A stretch of 64,000 nucleotides of DNA from the human T2T-CHM13v2.0 reference genome, Homo sapiens, in NCBI RefSeq assembly GCF_009914755.1, contig NC_060934.1. One strand, written 5' to 3'. Within the stretch, counting starts at the first letter, position 1, and the number at the start of each line of letters is the position of its first letter. Shown here in pieces: positions 51,903-64,000 of this stretch. The notes under the pieces are model-generated. The model was not told the origin of the DNA. It worked only from the letters and a program-made list of their open reading frames with translations, and did no database searches. A program made the position numbers and the translations under genes.

Positions 51903-54007
51903 GAAGACAAGAACCAAGGTTTCACAATAGCCATCAACACTATTATGACAGTGTAGGGTTGACTTGCTTGGGGACAAGACAGTGAATGTACAGTGCTGTA
52001 CTTTCCACCAAAAAGCAAAGCAATTTTGAATTCCATATCAACAGGGATTGACAGAAGCTCATATGCCACATCAAGAACTTCATAATAAGTTCCAGAATCC
52101 TTGTTGTTTTGTGCCAATTAGGATAATTCATTCCTCATGGCAGCTGTAATTGCAGGTACCACAATGTTCCACTGTCATTTAACATGATTCATTTTTTAAA
52201 TGTGCTTTACAGTGAAGTTAAGTGGAGCTATCATGTGACTACCACCTTTGCATCCTTTAAATTTTGATGATGGCTTCAATCTCTGAAGGTACTCCTACAA
52301 TATAGTATTGATTTTGATTTGGTATTTTGTCTGGGGAGAGCAATTACATGAGCTTCTGTTTGGCTCTTCCTAGCATGGTGGCCCTTATTTTACAAAACGA
52401 AAAACCAATGTGAACTTTCTGTTAGGCACTGGGTATATCTAGTTCCAACTATACCCTGAGGTATTGGAGAAATAGCCACAGGATGGGTCTAGACTCTCTG
52501 TGAGGAGGATTGGGTCAGAAAGTCATATATCACCTGGCTTCCATATGTGCCTACTCTAATAAGCAGGTCAGTGTATTTCAGGTCCCCTTGTGTGACCCAG
52601 ATCTTGCATCCCAAATCCTGAAAAGGTCTCATTTCCCTTCCTGCCCCCACCACCATTCATTTACTCTGGTCACAGACCCACTGAGAAAGGATTGGAGGGA
52701 TTTTTAGTGTGTCTACTTGTGTTGGCATTCCAGGGTTCTTCAAGGAGGTTCAGCTTCTTTTTCAATCAATATGCTCTGGATCTATCAATAGGAAAATGGG
52801 TGTGGTAACTTGATTTTTTAGTGACAGCTGATACCAACTTTCTGCTGGCCAGTTTCTGATTTTTTTTTTTTCAGTTGACAGACAACACCATAAAAAGCTG
52901 TCTATCTATCTTGCCCCTGGGAACACCATGACCTACTGGCCATTAACACAGACCTTGAAGGTCAAGGTACTGGCTGCCACTCTGACCTTGCTCTTCATAG
53001 TGGTAATAATGTTCACTTTTCCTCTTACATTTAGGTACTGCCACTGGGACCCTACCATTTTATAGTCCTGTCATTCCTATTGACACTAAGAAACATGATT
53101 CTATGACACCGTTTCCTACAGTGAACTTTATAAAGGATAGTTGTCACTGACCTCACTGGAAGTGAGCCCTTCTCACCAGTGCATTCTTTTCAATACTTTA
53201 AAGGTGTTACTCTACAGTCTTCTTGCTTCCATAGTTTTTCACATGAGGTCTGTTGTCCGTCTTTGTGTTTCGGTACATCTTCTGTCTTTGTGCTCTGGCT
53301 GCTTTTAAGATTTTCTCTTTGTCACTGGTTTTCAGAAATTGTATTATATAATATTTTTTTTTCCCTTCATGCTTCCCATTATGGTACTCCTAATATATAT
53401 GTTACACTGCTTTATAATGTCCCAGTAACTGATGATCTATTTATTTCATTTTTTTCTATCTATGCTTTATTTTAAATTGTTTTCATTGCTCCGTTTTCTT
53501 TTTTAATAGCAGAATATATTTATATATGACTTCTTTATAGGGAAAGGCTTCATAAACAAGTAACAAAAAATCTCACAAAAGAGAGGAGAAATATATTGTA
53601 TCACCTTTAACTATATAACTACTATACAGGATAATACACCATAAACATAGTTAAAAGATGAGCCACAGACTCAGAGAAGATATTTACAACAAAACAAAAA
53701 ACTGGTATCCAGAATCTCTTTACTATATTTGTGAGATAGTATATACTTGTAATAATTTGCTAATATTGTTTTTTATGATTGTATAAAGTCTGTATAAAAC
53801 AGAAATTCAAAGAAAAGTGGGTGATGTGAATTCACAGAAGAGGAAATCAGAATGGCCAATAAACATTAAAAGAGGCTTAGTCTCACTAGTAATCAGGGGA
53901 ATGCAAATTAAAATCAGATACCTGATTTTTAGCCAATCAGATCAGAAATAACAAAAAGTTTAATCAGGTACTGGGGGTAACTTCTGTTTCATAAAATATA
54001 AACTTTT

Positions 54008-54137
54008 GGCCTGGCACATGGCTCATTCCTGTAATCCCAGAGCTCTGGGGGGCCAAGGTGGGAGGATCTCTTGAGGCCAGGAGATCTTGAGGCCAGTCTG
54101 GGCAAAATAGTGAGACCCCATCCCTACCAAAAAAAAT
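54008..54137 (+). mobile_element. FLAM / Alu left monomer
   Basis: GGCTCATTCCTGTAATCCCAG...GGGAGGATCTCTTGAGGCCAGGAG...GTGAGACCCCATCCCTACCAAAA. Confidence 0.85.
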
Positions 54138-54859
54138 TGAGAAAAGATAAACTTGTGATTGTATTAACTACACATGCATTCACTAACTAGACTATAAGTA
54201 ATTTTCAATAAGCAAGCAATATCTTATCTATTCCACAAACCTAGTGCAATTCTGGGTGCACAGCAGACCACCAGTAATTATTTGTTGATTTAGGGGTTAA
54301 TCCACAACAGCTGAAAAGGCATGTCAAATATTAGAAAACCTCAAAAAACTTTTAAAGATAAAAGAGATTACCACCTTTCAGATTATTATTGTGCCAATAA
54401 TAATAGACCACCATCCTCAAAGAGGGAATTGGCATCTCAGTTATTAAGCACTGTAGCTTTACAGCACCAAAAGATGGCTGTCCCTTTCCTGCTGTCTGAA
54501 TCCATTCACTGGCTGCATCTTTGTGTTATCTACAGGTGTTACAGCCTCAAAAGGGCTCTGTGGGCCAAAGCAACTACTTATCATTCAAACAAACTTAGCC
54601 TATTATTTTTAAATAAAGGGCTTCTCAGAGATTTTAATGTGTTAAGGTACATTCTCTGAGAAGATGATATAATATGCAATGATTTTCAAAATTATTTGAA
54701 CCAAAAAACCTATTTTAATTTTCAGAGTCTCTGGCAGGACTTGTATTCCACACTTTGGGAAATCCTATTCTAGGAGAGCTTTGTATTTATTGAATTAAGG
54801 GACTAGTTTCTGTGCATTATTAAACAAATAAAAATTGTGGCAGTAGTTTCAAGTAAATA

Positions 54860-55480
54860 CAAATTGGTTCAATTATTTTGGAAAACTTTTTAATGTTATT
54901 CATTAAGGCTGGACAGCAATCCTCTAGGTAGAACACTCAACATTAATGTGTATGTACATAAGGACATCAAGAAATGTACAAAGGAGGCCCAAATCCTTCT
55001 GATTGAGGCCCCACTTCAAAAAATATACAAGAAAGTTCATTACAATATACTTTTCATGACAGCTCCAACGTGGAAACAACCCAAATATCCACCCATGGTA
55101 GAAAGAAAAATTTATGTAACAGTACATTATTCAAAGTGAACAAACTACCACCTCATAGGACATCATGGAGAATCTCTCAAATCTCTCAACTATAGTGTTG
55201 AATGAAAGAATCCAGGCACAGAAAGAATAGACACTATGATTCCATTTACACAAAGTTGAAAAGTAGGAAAACTAATCTATGTTGTTGGAATTTAGGACAT
55301 TAACTTCTAGAGAGAGGGAGGAAGTATAATTGGGAGGGGTTAAAGGGACTTTCCGGGTGCTGGCCATGTCCTGTTTCTTGACTAAGATGGTGGCTATAGG
55401 TGTGTATAGGTGTATTCACTCTGATAATTAATCTCAGAACTTACGCACTTTCCTTTTCATATGTCAGACTTCATTAAAAA
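54860..55480 (+). mobile_element. L1ME-like 3' end
   Basis: TGGAAACAACCCAAATATCCA...TTGAATGAAAGAATCCAGGCACAG...TATGATTCCATTTA. Confidence 0.75.
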
Positions 55481-55884
55481 CATAAAAAACTCAGCAGTCC
55501 AGTCAGTCATTCCATGTATTTGTTATTGTGTGCACTCAGTATTCACTGGTGTCATGGTGATCCCAGGGTCCAGCTGTGGCAAGAGCAACAGTAACTGCTC
55601 CCAGTCACCAGCTCATGTAATCTTCATGAGAGCTCCACGAATTAAGCTGCTTTTAAAACACCTACTATCCCCTTTCAATAGGTGAGAAAACTAAGGCTTA
55701 GGGAAAATCAATTTTCACAAAGTCACAGACTCATAAATGGTGGTGACAAACTCAAATTGAACTCCAAATCTCACGCTCTTAGCTGCTAGATCCTAGGGAG
55801 TGTGCTGCCTGCCTGCTATGCTTCCTATGCTAAGGAGGAAGCCCTTCTGACCAGAGCTGCTTTGACTGGGTTTTAATTTCTCTG

Positions 55885-58800
55885 TTTTTGATTTTTAATT
55901 TTGGTGGGTACATAGTAGTATATATACCTATGGGGTACATGGAACATACTGATACAGGCATGTAATGTGAAACAATCACATCAAGGTAAATGGATCATCT
56001 ATCATCCCAAGCATTCATCTCTTGCATTATGAACAATCCAATTATACACTTTCAGTTATTCTAAAATACAAGATTAAGTTATTATTGACTATAGTCACCC
56101 TGCTGTGCTATTAAACACTAGGTCTTACTCAGTCCTTCTATTTTTGCATACCCATTAACTATCCCCACTTAACCACTCCCCTCCCTGACTACTCTTCTCA
56201 GCCTCTGGTAATCACCCTTCTACTCTCTATCTCTATGAGTTCAATTGTTTTAAACTTTAGCTACCACAAGTAAGTGAGAACATGTGAAGTTTCTTTCCAT
56301 GCCTGGCTTATTTCACTCAACATAATGATCTCCAGTTTCATCCATGTTGTTGCAAATGACAGGATCTCATTTTTTTCATGGCTGAATAGTACTCCATCAT
56401 GGATATGTACCACATTTACTTTATCTGCTTATATTTTGATGAACATTTAGGTTGCTTCCAAACTTTTTTATTGTGAATAGTGCTGCAATAAATGTGGGTA
56501 TGCAGATATCTCTTCCATATACTGATTTCCCTTCTTCTGGGTAAATACCTAATGCTAAATGACAAGTTAATGGGTGCAGCACACCAGCATGGCACATGTA
56601 TACATATGTAACTAACCTGCACATTGTGCACATGTACCCTAAAATTTAAAGTATAATAATAATAAAAAAAATAAAATTCATGTTGAAACTTGAAAAAAAA
56701 ATACCTAGTAGTAATGTTACTGGATCAAATGGTATCTCTATTTTAGTTTTCTGAGATAAAAACCACAAGAACCAAACTGTTCTTGTGGTTGTACTAGTTT
56801 GCATTCCCACCAACTCCTGTGTACAAGGGTTTCCTCTTCTCCACATTCTTGCAAGCATTTATTATTGCCTGTCTTTTGGATAAAAGCCATTTTAACTGGA
56901 GTGAGATAATATCTCATTGTAGTTTTGATTTGCAGTACTCTGATGATCAGTGATGTTGAACATCTTTTTATGTGCCTGTTTGGCATTTGTATGTCATCTT
57001 CTGAGAAATGTCTATTAAGATCTTTTGCCCATTTTTTAATTGGATTATTAGATTTTTTTTTCTATAGAGTTGTTTGAGCTTCTTATATATTCTGTTTCTT
57101 AATCCCTTGTCAGGTGGAGGGTTTGGAAATATTTTCTCCCACTTGGTGGTTTGTCTTTTCACTGCATTGATTGTTTCCTTTGCTGTGCAGAAGCTTTTTA
57201 ACTCTAGTTGATCCCATTTGTCCACTTTTGCTTTGGTTGACTGTATTCGTGTGGTATCGCTCAAGAAATTTTTGCTCAAACCAATGTTCTGCAGATTTTC
57301 CTCAACGTTTTCTTGTAGTAGTTTCATAGTTTGAGGTCTTAGACTTAAGCCTTTTATCTGTTTGATTTTTTAAAATTAATATATGGTGAGAAATAGGGGT
57401 CTAGTTTCAGTCTTCCACATATGGGTATCTAGTTTTCTCAGCATAGTTTGTTGAAGAGATTGTCCTTCCCCAGTGTATGTTCTGGCACCTTTGTCAAAAA
57501 TGAGTTCACTGTAGAGGTAAAGATATGTTTCTGGGTTCTGTATTCTGTTATACTGGTCTATATGCCTGTTTTTTTTTTTCTTTTGCCAGTGCCATGCCAT
57601 TTTGGTTACTGTAGTTCAGTACTATAATTTAAAGTCAGGTAATATGATTCAAGTTTTGTTCTTTTTGCTTAGGATAGCTTTGGCTATTCTGGGTCTTTTG
57701 TGGTCCATATGAATTGTAGGATTGTTTTTTCTACTTCTATGAAGAATGTCATTAGTATTTTGATAGGGATTATATTGAATCTGTAGATTGCTTTGGGTAG
57801 TATGAAAGTTTTAACAATATTGATTCTTCCAATCCATGAACAGGTAATATTTTTCCATTTTTTTGGTGTCCTTTTCAAATTCTTTCATTAGTGTTTTATA
57901 GTTTTCATTGTGGAGATCTTTCACTTCTTTGGTTAATAACTGGATATTGAATTTTATTTGTAACTGTTATAAATGGGATTACTTTCTTGATTTCTTTTTC
58001 ATATTGTTTGCTGTGGCATATGTAAATGCTACTGGTTTTTGTATATTGATTTTATATCCTGCAACTTTACTGACTTTACTGACTATTAGAACTATTACAG
58101 TTCTAATAGTTTTTTTTTGTGTGGAGTTTTTAGGTTTTTCCAAAGATAAGATCATATCATAAAAACAATGTTAATTTGACTTCTTCCTTTCTGATTTTGA
58201 TGCCCTTTATTTCTTTCTCTTGTTTGATTGCTCTAGCTAAGACTTCCAGTAATATGTAGAATATCAGTGGTGAAAGTGGGCAACCTTGTATACCATATCT
58301 TAGAGGAAAGGCTTTCAGTTTATCCTCATTCTGTATAATACTAGATGTGGATCTGTTGTATGTGACTTTTATTATGTTTAGGTGTGTTCCTTCTATACTC
58401 AGTGTTTTGAGAGTTTTTATCTTGCGGGATGACAAATTTTATTAAATACTTTTCCAGCGTCAGTTGGAATGATCATATGGTTTTTGTCCTTCATTCTGTG
58501 ATGTGATGTATCACGTTTATGGCTTTGTGTATGTTGAACCATCCTTGCATCCCTGGGATAAATTCCACTTGGTCCTAATAGGTTATCTTTTAAATGTGTT
58601 GTTGAATTTGGTTTGCTGGCATTTTGTTGAGGATTTTTGCATAGGGATATTGGCCTTTACTTTTCTTTTTCGGATATGACTCTGGTTTTGGTATTAAGGT
58701 AATACTGGTGTCATACAATGAGTTTAGAAGTATTCACTCTTCCTCTATTTTTTGGAATAGTTTGAGTAGAATTGGTATTAGTTCTTTTTCTTTACTGGGA

Positions 58801-60350
58801 GACTACTTATTACAGCTTTGATCTCATTACTTGTTATTGGTCTATTCAGGTTTTGGATTCCTTTATGGTTCAATCTTGGTAGGTTTCATGTGTGTAGGAA
58901 TTGATTCATTTTTTTTCAAGGTTTTCCAATTTATTGTCATATAATTGCTTATAGTAGCCTCTGGTGATCCTTTGAATTTCTGTGGTATTGGTTGTAATGT
59001 CTCCTTTTTCATCTCTGATTTTATTTATTTCAATGTCCTCTCTTTTTTCTTAGCTATGCTAGCCAAAGGTCTGTCAATTTTTCTTTTCAAAAAAGCAACT
59101 TCTTGTTTTGTTGATATTTTGTATGGTTTTCTTTATTTATTTCTACTCAGATCTTTATTATTTCTTTTCATCCACTAACTTTGCATTTGGCTTGCTCTTC
59201 TGGTTCTTTCAGATGCATCATTAGGTTGTTTATGTAAAATTTTTCTTCCTTTTTGATGTAGGCACTTATAGCTCATTACTGCCTTCACTGTATTCCATAG
59301 GTTTTGGTATGTTGTTTTTCCATTATCACTTGTTTCAAGAAATTTTAAAATTTCCTTCTTAATCTCTTCACTAGATTACTGGTCATTCAGGAGCATATTG
59401 TTTAATTTCCATGTGTTTGTATAGTTTCCAAAATTCCTCTTATTATTGGTTTCTAGTTTTATTGTACTGTGGTGAAAGAGGATTCTTGATATGATTTCAA
59501 TTTTTGAATGTTTTAAGACTTGTTTTGTGGCCTAAAATAGGGTCTCTCCTTGATAATGATCCATGTCCTGAGGAGAATGTGTATTCTGCAGCCATTGGAT
59601 GAAATGTTCTGTAAATATCTATTAGGTCCATTTGGTCTATAGTACATAATGAGTCCAATATTTCTTTGTCGATTTTCTCTCTGGATGATCTGTCCAACGC
59701 CAAAGGTGGGGTGTTGAAGTCTACAGTTATTTTTGTACTGAGGTCTCTCTCTCTCTTTAGCTCTAATAATATTTCCTTTATATGTCTGGGTGCTCCTTTG
59801 TTGGGTGCATATATATTTAAAATTGTTATGTCCTCTTGCTGAATTGACTGCTTTTTCACTATATGACCTTCTTTGTCTGTTTTTATAGTTTTTCTATTGA
59901 AAGCTATGTAGTCTAATATAATATAAGTATAATTACTCTTGTTTTTTTTTTTTGTTTGTTTGTTTTCCATTTGCATGGACTATCTTTTCCCATCCCCCTT
60001 AATTTCAGTCCATGTGTGTCTTTACAGGTGAAGTCTGTTTTTTGTAGGCAAAAAGTCACTGGGTTCATTGGGTCTTTTTTTTCTTTTTGATTCATTCAGC
60101 CAGTCTGTGTCTTTTGTTTTGAGAGTTTAGACCATTTACATTCAATGTTACTGTTGATGAGTAAGGACTTACTCCTGCATTTTGTTGTTTTCTGGTTGTT
60201 TTGTTGTCTTCTCTTCATTTTTCCTTCCTTCCTATCTTCCTTTTAGTGAAGGTCATTTTTTTCTGGTGGTATGTTTTAATGTCTTGCTTTTTATTTTTTT
60301 GTGTATCCATTGTCTGTTTTTAGATTTGAGGTTACCATGAGGCTTGGAAG
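55885..60350 (-). mobile_element. L1MA (MA1-3-like) ~4.4 kb element covering 3'UTR and degenerate ORF2 up to the endonuclease domain
   Basis: ORF 59497..59976 IQQEDITILNIYAPN...DFNTP..LDRSSR...DLIDIYRTFHP (L1 EN); [24 protein letters not shown] (RT); [11 protein letters not shown]; CSTSLIIR. Confidence 0.95.
56543..56707 (+). mobile_element. Very short, young L1PA (PA2-4-like) 3' end inserted antisense in L1MA, with 16 extra nt before a second A-tract
   Basis: ATGCTAAATGAC...CAGCATGGCACATGTATACATATGTAACTAACCTGCACATTG; TSD AAATACCTA 56543-56551 and 56699-56707. Confidence 0.92.
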
Positions 60351-63089
60351 AGAAAAGATGACTTTATCTTGTAACTTGAATACAATTCTTTGTATCTCTT
60401 TGACCATATTCATGTTTTCCTTTATATTTCTGATTATATGGAACATGTTTATAATAGCTGTTTTACTATCCTATTACTAAATTCTGCCATTTCTGAGTGT
60501 TTTCTATTGGTTGATTTTTCTTATTGTTATGGGTCATGTTTCCTGCTTCTTTACATGCCTTGTGTGTTGGTCACTGAACACTGTAAATTTCATATTGTTA
60601 GGTATTAAATTTTATTGTATTTCTTTAAAGAGTATCAGGCTTCGTTCAGTCAATTTACTTAGGATCAGTTTAACTCTTTAGTGGTTTGTTTGTAAGCTCT
60701 GTTAGGGTGGGTCCAGACAAGCTTCAGTCAGGGCTAACTTAGAGTCACTGCTAAGGTAATACTCTTCTCACAAGGCTTCCCAGTGCTCAATGTATTACAA
60801 GGTCTCTTCAGTCTGGCTGATGGGGTGGTGATATCTCTCCACTCTTGCTGTAGTTTCCAGGAATTATTCATCCTACTTCTGTCCGGTGTTTCTTTCTCTA
60901 GCCTTGTGAGGTGTCACCACAAAAAGGTACTGATCAGTACTCAGCCAAAGACTCAAAGGGATCACTCTGTGGAAGTCCAGAGGTCTCCCTCTGTGAAGCT
61001 CTTACCTCTTCAGTATTTTGTCCTACACATTTTAGTTGTCTTAATTTCCCTAAAGTTTAGTTTCTATTTGTTCAATTCAAGGAGACTCCTGGGCTCTATT
61101 TGGGTACTCTTCCCTGTGCTGTAACCTGGAAACTGCTTCTAGCAATAAGCTGGATCAGTTGTAGGGCGCAATTCACTTGTAGGGATTATAGTTTTATGCT
61201 GCTGTTCCCATATCTGAAAATAAATAATGCATTCTTTAATGTCCTCTGGATCCTTCTGGAGAACAGAATCATGTGGGGGGGTTCTTAGGCTCTCATAAAT
61301 ATATTGTAACACTTCCACTTCCATAAGCCTTTTGACCATTTCCTCAAAATACAGTAACACAGTTTCAGCATCCCCATATATTTTATTCTAGGACATTGCC
61401 ATGTCAAGCCTATCCCAGCAGCGTATTATGACCAGTTACAAAGGCTTTGTATGATATTAAGCCTTGAATCATAGAAAAGTACTCCTATGTTAATACACTT
61501 GCTTCTATCCAAACTTATATTCTATCTTCCTTGTCCAACATCCCTCAGCTCTATCTCCCACATTTTCCTCTAAATCCTGCCAGTATGTAGTAGCATTAGG
61601 GGTTTATGTTGAGGGGAAAAGAGGGTGAATATTGGGAAGGACAAATATCTGATGACATTTTTATAAGATCTCCCTCCAAGGAGGAGGAAGCTTTTCTTCT
61701 CTTACAAGGGGAAGGGATTTGATTCTGTCACCTCAGAGGTCTCAGGACATTCTGGTGCTTTACAATTCTCATCTGTGTCTATCCAGATGTTTCTAAGGTA
61801 TCAAGATGCCTCTTTGGTTTTTTCTATTAGGACTTGAATTGCTACAAGCATATAATCTATACTGCAGGTATTTCATATAGGCATTAAGTGATTCAGAACC
61901 AACTAATTTTTAGCATCATAAAATTAGGGTTTCACCGGCTTGTAGTTTGACAGGATACTTATTTATAAAATGATTTTCACAACAATCTTTAAAGGTAGGT
62001 ATGATCTCGATTCAACCTTGGAGGAAACTGAAGCTCAGTAAAATTAAGTGACTAGCCCAAGGATGCACAGTGATCAATTGCAAAGAATGAACTCTATTTT
62101 GTCTCTGAAGTATGTGCACTGCCCATTATGTTACATAACCTTTCTTTATAGCTCCTATCAAGTCATTCTACATAAGAAACATCTTATGTGGGAAACACTT
62201 CAATCTAGCAACTGGTTACTGTAATGAAAAGATATAGTGAAACTAGATACTTGAATTGACCAGTTTATATATTAATAATTTTGTGATGGATTCAATTAAA
62301 GATTTTATGAAAACCTTGGAAGAGTATGAAATAATTATACAGTGTTTATTATTTTAGCTCTCATTTATCTATTTTGGATACCTGAACTTATATGTTAAAG
62401 AACATTAAGTACATATAGTTAGGTTGGAACTCAGCTGGGATTCAACTTGTTTGCTGAAACTTCAGATACTATAAACTAGTATCCTGTGTAGTCAGAATTA
62501 TATTATCTTGACTCATTAACTTTATTTAGCATCTATTTTATACTACATACTGATTTTATTAACTTCTAATCACTCTTGTTTCACTTGTTTGAGATAGGTA
62601 AAGCAGAATTTATCTGGAGTTTAAGATTAAGGCTGACAGATTAAATCTGCTTCTGTTATTGTTTGTTTCTGATATTAAAAGAGACTTCTTATTATGACCC
62701 CAGTCCATCCAAATTGTATACTATAATGGATTCTATATGAATAAATTAAGGGATCTAGATTTTAATAGTAAAACCATTTTATAGCAGCAGTAGTTTTATA
62801 AATGGATATTTTACCTCTTAAACAAAATGTAATTGGAAAATAAAATACACTGTCATTCAAATAACATCTCACGTTATAAATAATCAGTTTGGATGCAGCT
62901 ACAAGATTTTTCTGGCACAGAAGTAAATTAAACACTTTAGTAAATTGTCAAACTGATGAAAATCCTAACCCTGTGCATGTTGTTTTAATGGTGTAAGAAT
63001 ATGGACAACAAGATGTTTTTGTTCTTTTATTTTTATCAGAGTAAATGGAAGAATAGTGTCACAGACAAAGGTTCTAGGATTTTCCTGGG

Positions 63090-63560
63090 AAAAGGAGGTT
63101 ATAGCAGTTAGAAACGCCAGCAGTAGCTTACACCAATAATTTATTAAGATTTTTGTTTTTACATTATTGGCATTCCAGGGGTAGGTGGTTACTGTTGTAG
63201 GCTCATCTTCTCAACTCTCCCATCAGGGACCCAGTTACTTTCTATCATTCTGAACTGTTATTCTTCGCGTGTACACCTTCATTCTCCTGTTGGTTGCCTC
63301 ACGGCTACGAGATGGCTGCTATAGGTCCAGCCATCAGGAAAAATGGGGAAGGAGCAGGACATGTAAGATCCTTTATCAGGCCACCTTCACATATATTTTC
63401 TAGACAAGGATTATATCACCGGGCCATATTTAGTTGCAAGGAGACTGGGAAAGTGAGGAACAGAATTGATTTGGCTAATCACAACTCATCTCCAGAGAAT
63501 AGGCAATTTCTGCTTCCAAATAAAGTTGGATACTGTTCAGGAAGAACAGGCTGGATATAA
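63090..63560 (-). mobile_element. Old MLT1 LTR
   Basis: CATCAGGGACCCAG...GGTTGCCTCACGGCTACGAGATGGCTGC...AGTTGCAAGGAGACTGGGAAAGTGAG. Confidence 0.55.
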
Positions 63561-64000
63561 ACCGTTTGTGTTTTGGTCAGCAATATGTTCTGGTTTTGGT
63601 TTGGTGGGAAACAGGAAGCTTACTGAGGAAGGGAGACACCTGGAAGTAGTCTTAATCTGGCCATAAGGACCATGACACTCTAATATTATTTGATGGTGTG
63701 TGGGTTTCTTTTTTTCCAGAGACATCTATAAACATGGCTTTGTTACTAAGCCAAAGCCAATTATCTTTCAAAGTGATCTTCAGTTTGCTATTAGCTTCCC
63801 AGAAAGAACAGTATGATTATTAATAAGATTGAGACTAATAAACTACTGATGAGCACCAGTGAGCTAATTTGTAACCTCATTTTTATAAATGACATAAGCT
63901 TTTCACCCTAAGAAAAAGAGATATATTGAGAAGACAAACAAACAAAAAATCCAAAACTAATCTTCTTCCTCCAGACAGAATCTCTTCCTTCTTTTCTTCT

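Noticed and set aside
59497-59976. 159-aa endonuclease-like ORF
   Set aside because: Degenerate L1 ORF2 EN domain of an inactive L1MA element

Overview
Primate (most likely human) genomic DNA, AT-rich and dense in interspersed repeats (Alu, L1, L2, MIR, MaLR/ERV LTRs, hAT and Tigger DNA transposons). I found no intact protein-coding exon; nearly all ORF-track entries are repeat-derived or chance ORFs. The main feature is a near full-length, intronless MARK2 processed pseudogene on the minus strand (~14.16-16.84 kb). Its two halves have evolved very differently. The kinase-domain half is CpG-depleted and disabled. The spacer/KA1/3'UTR half is the window's only large CpG island and carries ETS, YY1, Sp1 and forkhead motifs plus splice donors on both strands. 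It therefore looks like a retrocopy exapted as a promoter, probably for a plus-strand transcript with non-coding 5' exons and a long first intron; I could not name the host gene. Other points: two small CpG clusters resembling alternative first exons (~6.9-7.25 kb with NRF1/CCAAT/MYB; ~31.4-31.7 kb with CTCF), an AP-1/SOX/OCT enhancer-like cluster (~39.3-40 kb), an old local duplication of a 3' splice-site-like unit, a four-level nested retroelement stack inside an ERVL reverse transcriptase, a short L1 with an apparent 16-nt 3' transduction, and a chimeric L1. Repeat subfamily names come from recalled consensus sequences, and boundaries are approximate unless TSDs are quoted.
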